The position numbers and the translations under genes are program-made. A DNA stretch of 64,000 nucleotides from a virus. Taxonomy: Duplodnaviria; Caudoviricetes. The stretch covers positions 1 to 64,000 of IMG/VR virus record IMGVR_UViG_3300033121_001619. The stretch is one strand, 5' to 3'. The notes beneath the pieces were generated by a model. It saw only the letters and a program-made list of their open reading frames with translations. It was not told the DNA's origin and ran no database searches. The first letter of the stretch is position 1. Every line of letters starts with the position of its first letter. This document shows, piece by piece, positions 10,195 to 18,792 of the stretch.

Positions 10195-10857
10195 ATGGAA
10201 TCTCTCTGGAGTCTTGTGAAAGCCGGGTCGATACACGGCTTGATCTGTGAGATCGAACCACGTCGTGTTCCCGACGAAGGATACGTTGCTTTCGCTCGTG
10301 CATTGGTCAATCAGATCGAGTCGACCTACGTTGTGATGAGAGAGTGCGACCCAGATCCACAGGTCGCTCTATTCAAGGCTGTCTATCGTCTAGCGTGCAT
10401 CGAGTTGAATGACGAACTCGGTCCTTACTTTCTCTTTCCTGAGATGCGTCAGGCCGTGCTAGACGAGGATCGTCCCGATTTCAGACGACCCCGCTTCTTG
10501 CGAGTCAAAGACAGCACAGATGAGGTGCACGTCGACGTCATCACGGATCGCGAGGACGTCGACATCGAGTGGTTCTCGTTGGGAGGATACACGCCTGACG
10601 TTCGATTGATGAAATACGACGACCCACGCTATTTCACGTACAGCCGAGGAATATTGATAGACGTCGAGCAAGGCCGGCTAGCACAGTCCATCGGGATGAT
10701 ATCGTCCGCTCTGCGTGCCGGTAAACGAGTCGTCGTCTGTTCGAATGGCATCGACGTCAGGGAATACCTGGGAAGCGATGACGACGATGTGATGATCTTC
10801 TCGGACTTTGAGACCGCGTGTCATGAAGCCGCTTATGAAGCGATAATCAGGAGGTAG
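10195..10857 (+). CDS. hypothetical protein
   Basis: TGATG coupling with upstream ORF. Confidence 0.65.
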   Translation: MESLWSLVKAGSIHGLICEIEPRRVPDEGYVAFARALVNQIESTYVVMRECDPDPQVALFKAVYRLACIELNDELGPYFLFPEMRQAVLDEDRPDFRRPRFLRVKDSTDEVHVDVITDREDVDIEWFSLGGYTPDVRLMKYDDPRYFTYSRGILIDVEQGRLAQSIGMISSALRAGKRVVVCSNGIDVREYLGSDDDDVMIFSDFETACHEAAYEAIIRR

Positions 10858-11303
10858 TGAACATGACGGAATACGAGCCATACGTCCATCTCCAGCCCAT
10901 CCAGACGCACTCGCACTTGATACCCACGTCAATCAAATACGAACCGATAGCGTCGTCGACTCGATGGAAATGTGAGATACCTGGATTCCCCTCAGCGTCC
11001 ATCGAGTCGATCGGCAAGATCCGGATCAAGTCCGGCGTCGTCAGTCTCGATGTTCACGTCAAGGTCACGAAAGAAACATTCGACGAAGCTGTGAGATGGG
11101 AGGACTCTCCGAACGAAGAGAAGGTCGTCACGCTGGCATTGCTTGACATGGACGGACATGTCATCATGAAACCGTCCTTCAAGTGTCGCGTCACGAAAGG
11201 CCTGAAGATGACGAACTGTGAGTCGATCCACGGAATCAATCACGCAGCGATATTGACTCTCCGACTGACCGGACGCCTAGCTGTCCAGAAGAGTGAATCA
11301 TGA
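10857..11303 (+). CDS. hypothetical protein, weakly tail-tube (gp19)-like
   Basis: RWKCEIPGFP...W...KVVTLALLDMDGHVI pattern recalls gp19-like tube proteins. Confidence 0.35.
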   Translation: MNMTEYEPYVHLQPIQTHSHLIPTSIKYEPIASSTRWKCEIPGFPSASIESIGKIRIKSGVVSLDVHVKVTKETFDEAVRWEDSPNEEKVVTLALLDMDGHVIMKPSFKCRVTKGLKMTNCESIHGINHAAILTLRLTGRLAVQKSES

Positions 11304-11722
11304 CGCCAGACGACGTCAAGACGTCAATACGTGATCGTTCGCCTGGTTTGCGCATCGTCCAGAGAGGAGATCGCCTAGTCGTCTTGGGCGACATAGGGGA
11401 GGAGAAGTACGTCATCGATGTCCGACCCTCTGAGAAGATCTTCGTCGTCGAGCAACCTGACGGCAATGAGTACTTCTTCGAGAGAGAAATCGACGCGTAC
11501 GATCACGCGAGGCTCCTCGTGACGAGACACGACATCGAACAAGTGTACATCAAGTACAATGGACATCACAGGATACTGAGATCGATCGTCTGCAAGGGAG
11601 AGATACCTCGACTGACGCCAGACGAGCTGACTGAAAAGGTCGTCAAGTCTCTCTTGGAAGACGACGTCTCCGATGCGATGTTCTACACGTCGATTCTGAA
11701 GATGACCTCGAGGCAGTCGTGA
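11300..11722 (+). CDS. hypothetical protein
   Basis: ATGA/GTGA-coupled ORF. Confidence 0.65.
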   Translation: MTPDDVKTSIRDRSPGLRIVQRGDRLVVLGDIGEEKYVIDVRPSEKIFVVEQPDGNEYFFEREIDAYDHARLLVTRHDIEQVYIKYNGHHRILRSIVCKGEIPRLTPDELTEKVVKSLLEDDVSDAMFYTSILKMTSRQS

Positions 11723-12024
11723 CGACAGTCATCAACATCCGAGCGATCCATGATGTGCCCTACGTCTACATCGGGAGAGGATCGAAGTGGGGGAATCCCT
11801 ACACGCACCTCGACTCTCGCTATGTCGGTACCGTGAAAGTATCGACACGTGAGGAGGCAGTCGAGTCCTACGAGCGCTACGTCAAGTCCCGCCCCGATCT
11901 GATGGAAGCAGCACGCAAGGAATTGCGCGGCAAGGTACTTGGATGTTTCTGCAAACCCAAAGCGTGTCACGGCGACGTTTTGGCGCGAATAGCTGAGGAA
12001 GAAATCGATGGGCGTGATCAGTAA
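11719..12024 (+). CDS. DUF4326 protein
   Basis: VYIGRGSKWGNPY...ELRGKVLGCFCKPKACHGDVL. Confidence 0.9.
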   Translation: MTTVINIRAIHDVPYVYIGRGSKWGNPYTHLDSRYVGTVKVSTREEAVESYERYVKSRPDLMEAARKELRGKVLGCFCKPKACHGDVLARIAEEEIDGRDQ

Positions 12025-12889
12025 GATTGCATGGTGCGACGGTACGTTCAATCCCTGGATAGGCTGCGACAAGGTCTCTCCGGGATGCAAGAACTGCTAC
12101 GCCGAGAGGATCCAGGGATCATTTGGCGGTGACCTCTGGGGTCCTGGTTCTCGTCGATCCGTCACGTCGACGAAGAATTGGAATGACGTCCTTCGTGCGG
12201 ACAAGTTGACGACGCATCGTCGTCGCCTCTTCGTCGCGTCGTTGTCGGACGTCTTCGAAGATCGCGATGATCTCCACGTCCCGCGTCAGAAGCTGATCGA
12301 TCTCGTCGAGAAGACTATCAACACGGATTGGCTCTTCCTCACGAAGCGTCCGGAGAACGTACTGTCTCTCCTCGACGTCGATGGACCGGGCTGGGGGACG
12401 AGATCGTCTTTCCCCGATCACGTCTGGATCGGGACCACAGTCGAGGATCAGCGACGTTTGGACGAGAGATTGCCCATCCTCGTCCAGATACCGTCTCGTG
12501 TCAAATTCCTGTCGTGTGAGCCGCTCTTGGAGAGAGTCGTCCTAGGATCGCATGCGAGGAATGTGTCGTGGGTCATCGTCGGCGGAGAGTCCGGACGAGG
12601 CGCACGTCCCTTCTCGATGGAGTGGGCCAAATCTCTGCGAGACGAGTGCGCATGCGCCGGCGTGCCTTTCTTCTTCAAGCAGACAGGAGAGCGGGCGTTC
12701 GATGAAGCAGGTCGTCCTATGACAGTGAGAGGTGCAGGTTCGGATCCAGAAGATTGGCCCGAGTGGGCTAGAGAGGCTCGCAGTTTCCCGAGGTTACACG
12801 ACGTCAAATCGGAGAGCTCATCGAGGGTTAACCACGTACGACGTCTCTCCGATTTGACTTTCATACGACCTCGATCGCGAATATCTTGA
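12008..12889 (+). CDS. DUF5131 (phage Gp37/Gp68, radical-SAM-like) protein
   Basis: FNPWIGCDKVSPGCKNCYAE, LTKRPEN, FLSCEPLL, WVIVGGESG, FFFKQ. Confidence 0.92.
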   Translation: MGVISKIAWCDGTFNPWIGCDKVSPGCKNCYAERIQGSFGGDLWGPGSRRSVTSTKNWNDVLRADKLTTHRRRLFVASLSDVFEDRDDLHVPRQKLIDLVEKTINTDWLFLTKRPENVLSLLDVDGPGWGTRSSFPDHVWIGTTVEDQRRLDERLPILVQIPSRVKFLSCEPLLERVVLGSHARNVSWVIVGGESGRGARPFSMEWAKSLRDECACAGVPFFFKQTGERAFDEAGRPMTVRGAGSDPEDWPEWAREARSFPRLHDVKSESSSRVNHVRRLSDLTFIRPRSRIS

Positions 12890-13760
12890 TCTTGCCCAGA
12901 CCGACGACTTCCCTTTCCTCTTCGAATTCGTTGAAATCATCGATCTTGTAGAGGCCGCCAGGTCCGGAGACGAATGAGTCAGGGTTGTCCATGACGTTAG
13001 CGTGCATGATGATCGGCACTTCGGTATCGTCTTCGTAATCACCTCGTGCGAAACTTATCGCGACACGTCGATTCGTCGTCCAAGAAGACGAGTGTCCTGT
13101 CATAGGCTTGTAAGTCTTGGCGACTTTCACGATGTCCCCTGCTTTGAGGGACGACTTTCCAATCAGCTTTCGAATCCATGATTTGCTGACCCTCATTCCT
13201 CGATACACGTTCTTTGCCGACGGACTCTTCAGGACGTCATCGTATTCTCCAGTTGCCATGGCTTTCTTGAGATCGTCGGCTCCGGACGAACTCATGTGGA
13301 TATTGGCACTGAAATGTCGCCACAACTCTTTGCCCACGTCATGCTCAAGACTCGTGTCTGGCTCAGCTGTGAATCCTTTTTGGCCTAGCTGAGACGCTGA
13401 TCTGCCGTCGACGAATGCATAACGTCCGAAAGGTGCGTCATTGGAGCCGGGAAGTTTAGCGATGGTCGATGGTGCCATCGATGTCGCCTTCTTCAACCAC
13501 CTTCGGACGTCTTCGCCCTTCTTTGCACCGACATGCGGCATCAGAGCATACACGAGATCTTCCGGAGTGGACTGTCTTTTTTCGTCACGTCGATCGTATG
13601 TTCGAAAGAATTGATTGAAGAATGACTCTGGCCGAAATCTGGTTGGCTGATGACTAGACGGCACACGAGACAGGACTATCAGCGCATCGTTGACGCTTCC
13701 TTCGCATGCATCTACAAGGTCTTGGACTAGAGTCTCGAGACTCTCATCGCTCTTCATCAT
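12861..13760 (-). CDS. putative ADP-ribosyltransferase (R-S-E clade)
   Basis: C-terminal VYRGM, SSSWTT, FEEEREVV; GAGGAG SD before ATG 13760. Confidence 0.65.
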   Translation of the reverse strand: MMKSDESLETLVQDLVDACEGSVNDALIVLSRVPSSHQPTRFRPESFFNQFFRTYDRRDEKRQSTPEDLVYALMPHVGAKKGEDVRRWLKKATSMAPSTIAKLPGSNDAPFGRYAFVDGRSASQLGQKGFTAEPDTSLEHDVGKELWRHFSANIHMSSSGADDLKKAMATGEYDDVLKSPSAKNVYRGMRVSKSWIRKLIGKSSLKAGDIVKVAKTYKPMTGHSSSWTTNRRVAISFARGDYEDDTEVPIIMHANVMDNPDSFVSGPGGLYKIDDFNEFEEEREVVGLGKIKIFAIEVV

Positions 13761-13775
13761 CGTTGCTCGCTCCTC

Positions 13776-13804
13776 TTGAAAACTCTGACGAGACGACATA
13801 CAAT
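13776..13804 (+). promoter_or_regulatory. sigma70-type promoter of the Pth2/suppressor-tRNA operon
   Basis: TTGAAA(13776-81)-N17-TACAAT(13799-804); ATG 7 nt downstream implies a leaderless mRNA. Confidence 0.75.
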
Positions 13805-13811
13805 ATGTCAC

Positions 13812-13904
13812 ATGATGTTCTAACTGCCTCGTGGCCCTCCTGGGATATCGTTCGTCTCAAAGCGACGTCACAGGAGTCAATTGTCCATGAAGGAAAGTGA
13901 GTGA
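13812..13904 (+). CDS. leader peptide with in-frame UAA at codon 4: MMF*LPRGPPGISFVSKRRHRSQLSMKESE
   Basis: ATG ATG TTC TAA CTG CCT CGT GGC CCT CCT...; TGA 13902-04 ends 3 nt before the next ATG. Confidence 0.6.
13837..13876 (+). promoter_or_regulatory. leader RNA hairpin overlapping the Pro-Pro codons and sequestering CAGGAG
   Basis: CTCCTG/CAGGAG plus GATATCGTT/AGCGACGTC stem, loop CGTCTCAA. Confidence 0.6.
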
Positions 13905-13907
13905 GTC

Positions 13908-14315
13908 ATGAAGCGCATCTACGAAGAAGATCAGAAAGCAGTCTATGGAGCCTTGCGTGAGAAAGCTCGCAAGAGCCAATTGACGAGGTGGGAACACCTC
14001 TTGTACGCGTTCGTGCGAGGAAAGTCTCGCACTGAGGTGGAATCGCGAGTGTCTCACGCGACGGACGTGTTCACGAACAGATTCATTCAGAGCGCATATC
14101 GATCCACGAAGGCGTCCTGGTACTTCAAAACGTCGCTCGATCCCGTCAAGACCTACATCGACAACAATCGTCTCGCTTTCTGTGAGTGGCTATACGCCAA
14201 GGAAAAACCGCACGTGGTCTTTCCAGTCGAGGGCGCGGCGATCAAACGACGCGAGGAGTATCACAGGCGAAAGATCGAGAAATCGAACCTGAGCGAAAAC
14301 GAGGTCTCGCAATGA
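13908..14315 (+). CDS. hypothetical protein translationally coupled to the Pth2-like gene
   Basis: HLLYAFVRGK..EVE motif; TGA 14313-15 overlaps ATG 14312. Confidence 0.8.
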   Translation: MKRIYEEDQKAVYGALREKARKSQLTRWEHLLYAFVRGKSRTEVESRVSHATDVFTNRFIQSAYRSTKASWYFKTSLDPVKTYIDNNRLAFCEWLYAKEKPHVVFPVEGAAIKRREEYHRRKIEKSNLSENEVSQ

Positions 14316-14629
14316 CCTCGTAAGTAGAGAGGCTGTACGTGGTGATCGACTCTTCGATCGACAGGAGGAATTGGATTCCTCAAGTGGCACACGGTGTCGC
14401 CCAGTATTTCATCGATCATCCCGACGAAGCTCGTCGTTGGCACCAGAATGGAAACACAATCGTGTGCTTGTCGGCGACAGACGGTGATCACTTGCAGGAC
14501 ATCCTATCGAGATCGATTGGGTGCGTCTCGACGTTCAGTGAACCTGACATGGGCGACCGAATGACGGTCGTCGTGCTAGAAGACGTGAACGGAAGGCTCC
14601 TGAGAAAACTCAAGTTGATAACGCCTTGA
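14312..14629 (+). CDS. peptidyl-tRNA hydrolase 2 (Pth2)-like protein with in-frame UAA at codon 4
   Basis: MTS*VERLYVVID...QVAHG...W...TIVCL...FSEPDMGDRMTVV; SD GAGGT 14301-05 and ATGA coupling support start 14312; TAA at 14321-23. Confidence 0.75.
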
Positions 14630-14634
14630 CATAC

Positions 14635-14659
14635 GTCGGACGGGTGTAACTCGTCCGAC
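14635..14659 (+). other. strong hairpin immediately 5' of the tRNA
   Basis: GTCGGACG-GGTGTAACT-CGTCCGAC. Confidence 0.7.
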
Positions 14660-14661
14660 AC

Positions 14662-14733
14662 GTCTCCCTGGTCCAATGGCAGGGCACGCGACTTTAATTC
14701 GCAGTGATGTCGGTTCGAATCCGACGGGAGGCA
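14662..14733 (+). tRNA. ochre suppressor tRNA, anticodon UUA
   Basis: acceptor GTCTCCC/GGGAGGC, D stem GTCC/GGGC, anticodon arm CGCGA-CTTTAAT-TCGCA (TTA at 14694-96), T arm GTCGG-TTCGAAT-CCGAC, discriminator A; CCA not encoded. Confidence 0.9.
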
Positions 14734-14775
14734 CAAGTGATGAAAAGATCGACGTCGCCGTTGTAGGATTGTATC

Positions 14776-15027
14776 ATGATCCAGACGCAAGAGGAACGAT
14801 TCGACGTCCTGAGGCCGTCAGTTTCCAAGACGAAGAGCTACGTCATCGAGTACGTCGATGGCTCCGGCATCGAGAAATCGATCGACCTGGGAGACGTCGA
14901 CATGCACCTTGCCCGAGAAGAAGCGAACAAAGCTTCTCGATTGATGGGAGTGTCTGTGGCGCTCGTTCGAGTGAATCGCGAGCTGATCGGCCACATCAAA
15001 GCAACGATCGACAACAAGTCACGTTAG
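14776..15027 (+). CDS. hypothetical protein (likely leaderless)
   Basis: ATGAAA-N18-TAGGAT, 6 nt before ATG. Confidence 0.65.
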   Translation: MIQTQEERFDVLRPSVSKTKSYVIEYVDGSGIEKSIDLGDVDMHLAREEANKASRLMGVSVALVRVNRELIGHIKATIDNKSR

Positions 15028-15083
15028 ATTCATGTCGTTAACACGCGATGACAACATCGATCGATTTTTGATAGGATCGTTTC

Positions 15084-15518
15084 ATGAAGCACGACTCATC
15101 CGACGCGACGTGGCATGAAGAAAACAACTACGACATCCGCACGGCGCTGTCCGTCCTTCTAGACGCTGTGGAGGATGCTGTAAAAAATGACATGCACGAA
15201 GCTATCGTGTCTTTGACGAAGCTCTTGAAAATCAAGGCCGGTCTTGAGTCCGCCATGCGGCACGGTATTCTCGAACCGTGGAATCTCTACGTTGAATCTG
15301 GTGGTGTGGAAGAAGGAGTCACTACCCTCGCAATTATCCCGTCACACGACTTCCATGGAATCAGGTCTCTCCTGGGACTTAAGGGCGACGAGGCTTTGCC
15401 TCAACCTCATGCGACGTTCGTCGCTGGGACCAGGTCGCACGCGAGGACCATCGCAGAGTACATCGTGCACAAGGAGAACTCATCGTTGCCCGTGAATGAA
15501 ACCGAGGACACGCCATGA
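15084..15518 (+). CDS. hypothetical protein (likely leaderless)
   Basis: ATGACA-N18-TAGGAT, 6 nt before ATG. Confidence 0.65.
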   Translation: MKHDSSDATWHEENNYDIRTALSVLLDAVEDAVKNDMHEAIVSLTKLLKIKAGLESAMRHGILEPWNLYVESGGVEEGVTTLAIIPSHDFHGIRSLLGLKGDEALPQPHATFVAGTRSHARTIAEYIVHKENSSLPVNETEDTP

Positions 15519-15871
15519 GATGTGTCCTGGTCTGCAGTGGCAGGAATTACGACGACGCTGAGTGTGTGAAGTCTCACCTCGATCGACTCCACGCTGACGA
15601 ACCCATCGACGTCTTGATAGAGGGCGGAGCACAAGGAGCTGACGAGCTAGCCCGATGGTGGGCGAGAGACAATGGAATTGAAGTGGAAACTTATGTGGCC
15701 GATTGGCATGGTTTCGGTCGAAGGGCTGGACCGATACGGAATCAGCGAATGATCGATGAAGGTCGACCAACCCTTGTCGTCGCATTTCCAGGAGGAGCTG
15801 GTACGGCTGACATGGTCCGGAGAGCGCGAGAAGCAAACGTGAAAGTCGTCATGGTCGAGGAGGATTCGTAG
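15515..15871 (+). CDS. DUF2493 / YspA-like SLOG family protein
   Basis: VLVCSGRNY, IEGGAQGADELA, AGPIRNQRM, VAFPGGAGTADM. Confidence 0.9.
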   Translation: MRCVLVCSGRNYDDAECVKSHLDRLHADEPIDVLIEGGAQGADELARWWARDNGIEVETYVADWHGFGRRAGPIRNQRMIDEGRPTLVVAFPGGAGTADMVRRAREANVKVVMVEEDS

Positions 15872-15872
15872 C

Positions 15873-16220
15873 ATGTCTAACACCCAGATGGTGATCATCT
15901 TCGTCGCGGCCGTCTCGTATGCCAGCATCGGGTCATACGTCTTCATCAAGACGTGGAAGCGTGCTGCCAAAGAGTACGCGAAATCGCACTTGAAGGCGAT
16001 GAAGAAGGCGGGAGTTCCCATAACGCCAGAAGTGAAGGAGGCACTTCGTGTCGCCATGACGACGGGAGATTACGTCGATACTTCGATCATGGTCTTCGCC
16101 GCATATGCTTGGCCTTTCGCTGTTCTCACTGATTTCGTGTTCAAGATCAGGCGGAGGCACGCGGATCGAAAGATCGAGTCGTATCAGCGGAAGTACGACC
16201 TGATCGAGGAGGCGTCGTGA
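15873..16220 (+). CDS. hypothetical membrane protein
   Basis: two hydrophobic helices, AWP motif. Confidence 0.6.
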   Translation: MSNTQMVIIFVAAVSYASIGSYVFIKTWKRAAKEYAKSHLKAMKKAGVPITPEVKEALRVAMTTGDYVDTSIMVFAAYAWPFAVLTDFVFKIRRRHADRKIESYQRKYDLIEEAS

Positions 16221-17135
16221 ACGAACGTCTAGTCATCTTGTCCGTCGCGGTCTTGACTCTCTTCATCACCTTCGTCATGATAGCAGGAGACAATCCGAGA
16301 GCGCCCGGACCTCGTCGGAGGTGAGGATGAATCAGAAGATGGACTTGGTATCTTTCGCTCTGGTCTTGATGGTGTTGATTCTCTGGGAGACGTGTGATGG
16401 ATTCAGTCTCGTACGCTGACAAAGATGTGTGTGATCAGATCGCTGCAATCCGTGAATCTCTCGCGGAGCAGACGGATCGAATCGAGAGACTCGAGCGACG
16501 TCTCGAGGAAGTCGTCCACTCGCTGGGAAACTCGATAGAACGGATTCGAGACGACCTGGCTCGTGAGACGTGGAGGTACCGTCCCTCGAGTTTCGGGAGG
16601 GCGTCGTGACGGATTCCGAAAAGAAGATCGAGGACCTACAGCGTCAGATCGACGGTCTCAAGAAGACCGTCGCCTTGCTCGAAAAGGCGATCGATAACGT
16701 CCGTGACGAAATACATCCAGTGATCGAGTGGTACCAATTCAAGCGCGAGTGGGCACGTTCGGACAGCGAACACTATGCGGACATTAGGCGAAGGAGAGGC
16801 TGGTGATGATCGTAGTAGAACATGCTCGCATGTGGGTGAAATACAACATGCGTGGACCGGTCTTGGCAGCCGACGATTGTTGGCGTCGTCTGGTGTGCTC
16901 GCTGATCGATCACGAGTGGAGGAAGATCCCGTGGAGGAAGAATCTTCGTTGCGAGAGGTGCGGACGAGACTTCAAGGGAGACGTCGTCGAGAGGTTCGAT
17001 GCAGGAGTGATCGAGGCATGAGACGAGACAGGTACGTCTTCACCGCTCTCCACCTGACCACGTTGATCATGGCAGGGACCTCTGCGACGATCTGTCAGAT
17101 GATGTGGGAGTTCGTCAACTAGAAAGGATCGCACG

Positions 17136-17453
17136 ATGAGGAAGACGAATCGTCGAGGCAATGAGCCCGTCTCCGTCGGGAAATTCTGCGATTATTGCAC
17201 GTGCACCGACTGTCAAGGTGAGACGCGAAGTTACGCTGGGACGTGCACTCTGAGGATGATTGACGACACTCACATGTGCGATCTGTGCTACACGTATCCT
17301 GATTGTTTCGCAGACGGTGAGAACTGTGAACACTACTGTACACACGGATGGTGTGAGCATCGACCGACGCCGCGTGTCACACCCGTCGTCCCAGAGCATT
17401 GGGTCCCTAGGGACGCCTACGACGACCCTATTTACGTGCATGGGAAGTCATGA
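17136..17453 (+). CDS. Cys-rich hypothetical protein
   Basis: multiple CxxC/CxH motifs. Confidence 0.6.
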   Translation: MRKTNRRGNEPVSVGKFCDYCTCTDCQGETRSYAGTCTLRMIDDTHMCDLCYTYPDCFADGENCEHYCTHGWCEHRPTPRVTPVVPEHWVPRDAYDDPIYVHGKS

Positions 17454-18261
17454 TGGCGAGGATATATCGATCTTGGTGGGTGATGATTCCTGTCATCATT
17501 GTGATCGGAATAAACCAGGGCTGCTATGCAGAACACGACATGGGTTTGATGACTCCTCGGGTCGATCCATGCACGGGGAGAACGGACACGCGTCGTGTGT
17601 ATGTCATGCCGACGTGTCGACGCCCACCACCTCCATCGGCGCCAGGTACATTCTAGGGATAAGAGAAGACCTGACACCAGTAGGTGAGACACGAGTGGGT
17701 GACATCGTCATACCAGCAAACAAAAGTTGGCTGGACGATGAGTGCTTGTCAACGACTCAATTCACCCTGAGGCTTAGGAAACACCCGAGTTCTTATCCTG
17801 AAGACTACGTCATTTGGCCGGCCGGAAGCATGGGAGTCGTGATCGAAGTCGACGGCGGACTTCGACGAGTGCTAGTGGAGACCGGTCAAGCAGGTTGGGC
17901 CCTATCCATTCAGCTGAGGAGATACACGCGATGAAGGACGAGAAGAACGGCACCACAGTCGGAATGATCATCGTCACGCCTCCCTTGGACCTGCGTCTCA
18001 AGGAAGCACTGATCAGACTCGCGGAGACGTCATCGAGGGGTGAAAAATGAGTAAGAATAACTACCGTCAGCACGGTTACACGTACGTCAGGGTCGTCGAT
18101 CTCTCTCAAGTGGGATCTCCTGTCGTGGCGGGGTTCTGGGTCAAGAACGGCAAGTGGGAGAAGGCAGGAAAGAAGTTCATAGACTCCATGCTTCTATCAG
18201 TGTCGTCGCTGCTCGATATTCCGATCGAGTCCCTAGAATACGTCCCAGGTGGATCTGGAAG

Positions 18262-18672
18262 ATGAAACAAGACTACTCCGACATCCTCCAGGCAGCGAAG
18301 GGAGTCTCGCCAAAGTGGTGGACGCAGGATGGAGTGCCACGTTTCTGTGATCCTGACCCGGGCAGGCTCAGCGGCGGAGGAAAGCAAGTCTTCCTCCTCC
18401 AAGTCAAGTGCCAGAGCTGTGGTCATGCGTACGTGGTCGAACATGTAGTTGGCTATGAGGAACCTGAAATCGACGACACCGAGCAACTTGAGTGGGCATA
18501 TGGAGACCCGCCTCTCGCGGAGGATCCATGTTGTTCAACAGGATATTCCATGAATGCGTACACCGCTGTGGTCCTACGTGCCTATGAGAGAAGGACCATC
18601 GGCGGTCGCTTGACTCCCAGACACGACCTAGAGGGTCCACTGTCGACGTGTCATGACGAGTACGCAACGTGA
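18262..18672 (+). CDS. hypothetical Zn-binding protein
   Basis: WWTQDGVPRF, CQSCG, YGDPP..CC. Confidence 0.6.
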   Translation: MKQDYSDILQAAKGVSPKWWTQDGVPRFCDPDPGRLSGGGKQVFLLQVKCQSCGHAYVVEHVVGYEEPEIDDTEQLEWAYGDPPLAEDPCCSTGYSMNAYTAVVLRAYERRTIGGRLTPRHDLEGPLSTCHDEYAT

Positions 18673-18792
18673 AGAAACGCAAGAGAATTCGAGAATTGGA
18701 GCGCGAGGTTGCCCGACTTCGAGTCGAAGTCACGACGCTGACCTCCATGGTCGAAAAGTGCGTTCCATGGTTGCGTTCCGATAGTTACGGTC

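Noticed and set aside
14626-14652. TTGACA as a dedicated tRNA promoter
   Set aside because: No good -10 hexamer at 16-18 nt spacing; the region is better explained as a hairpin.
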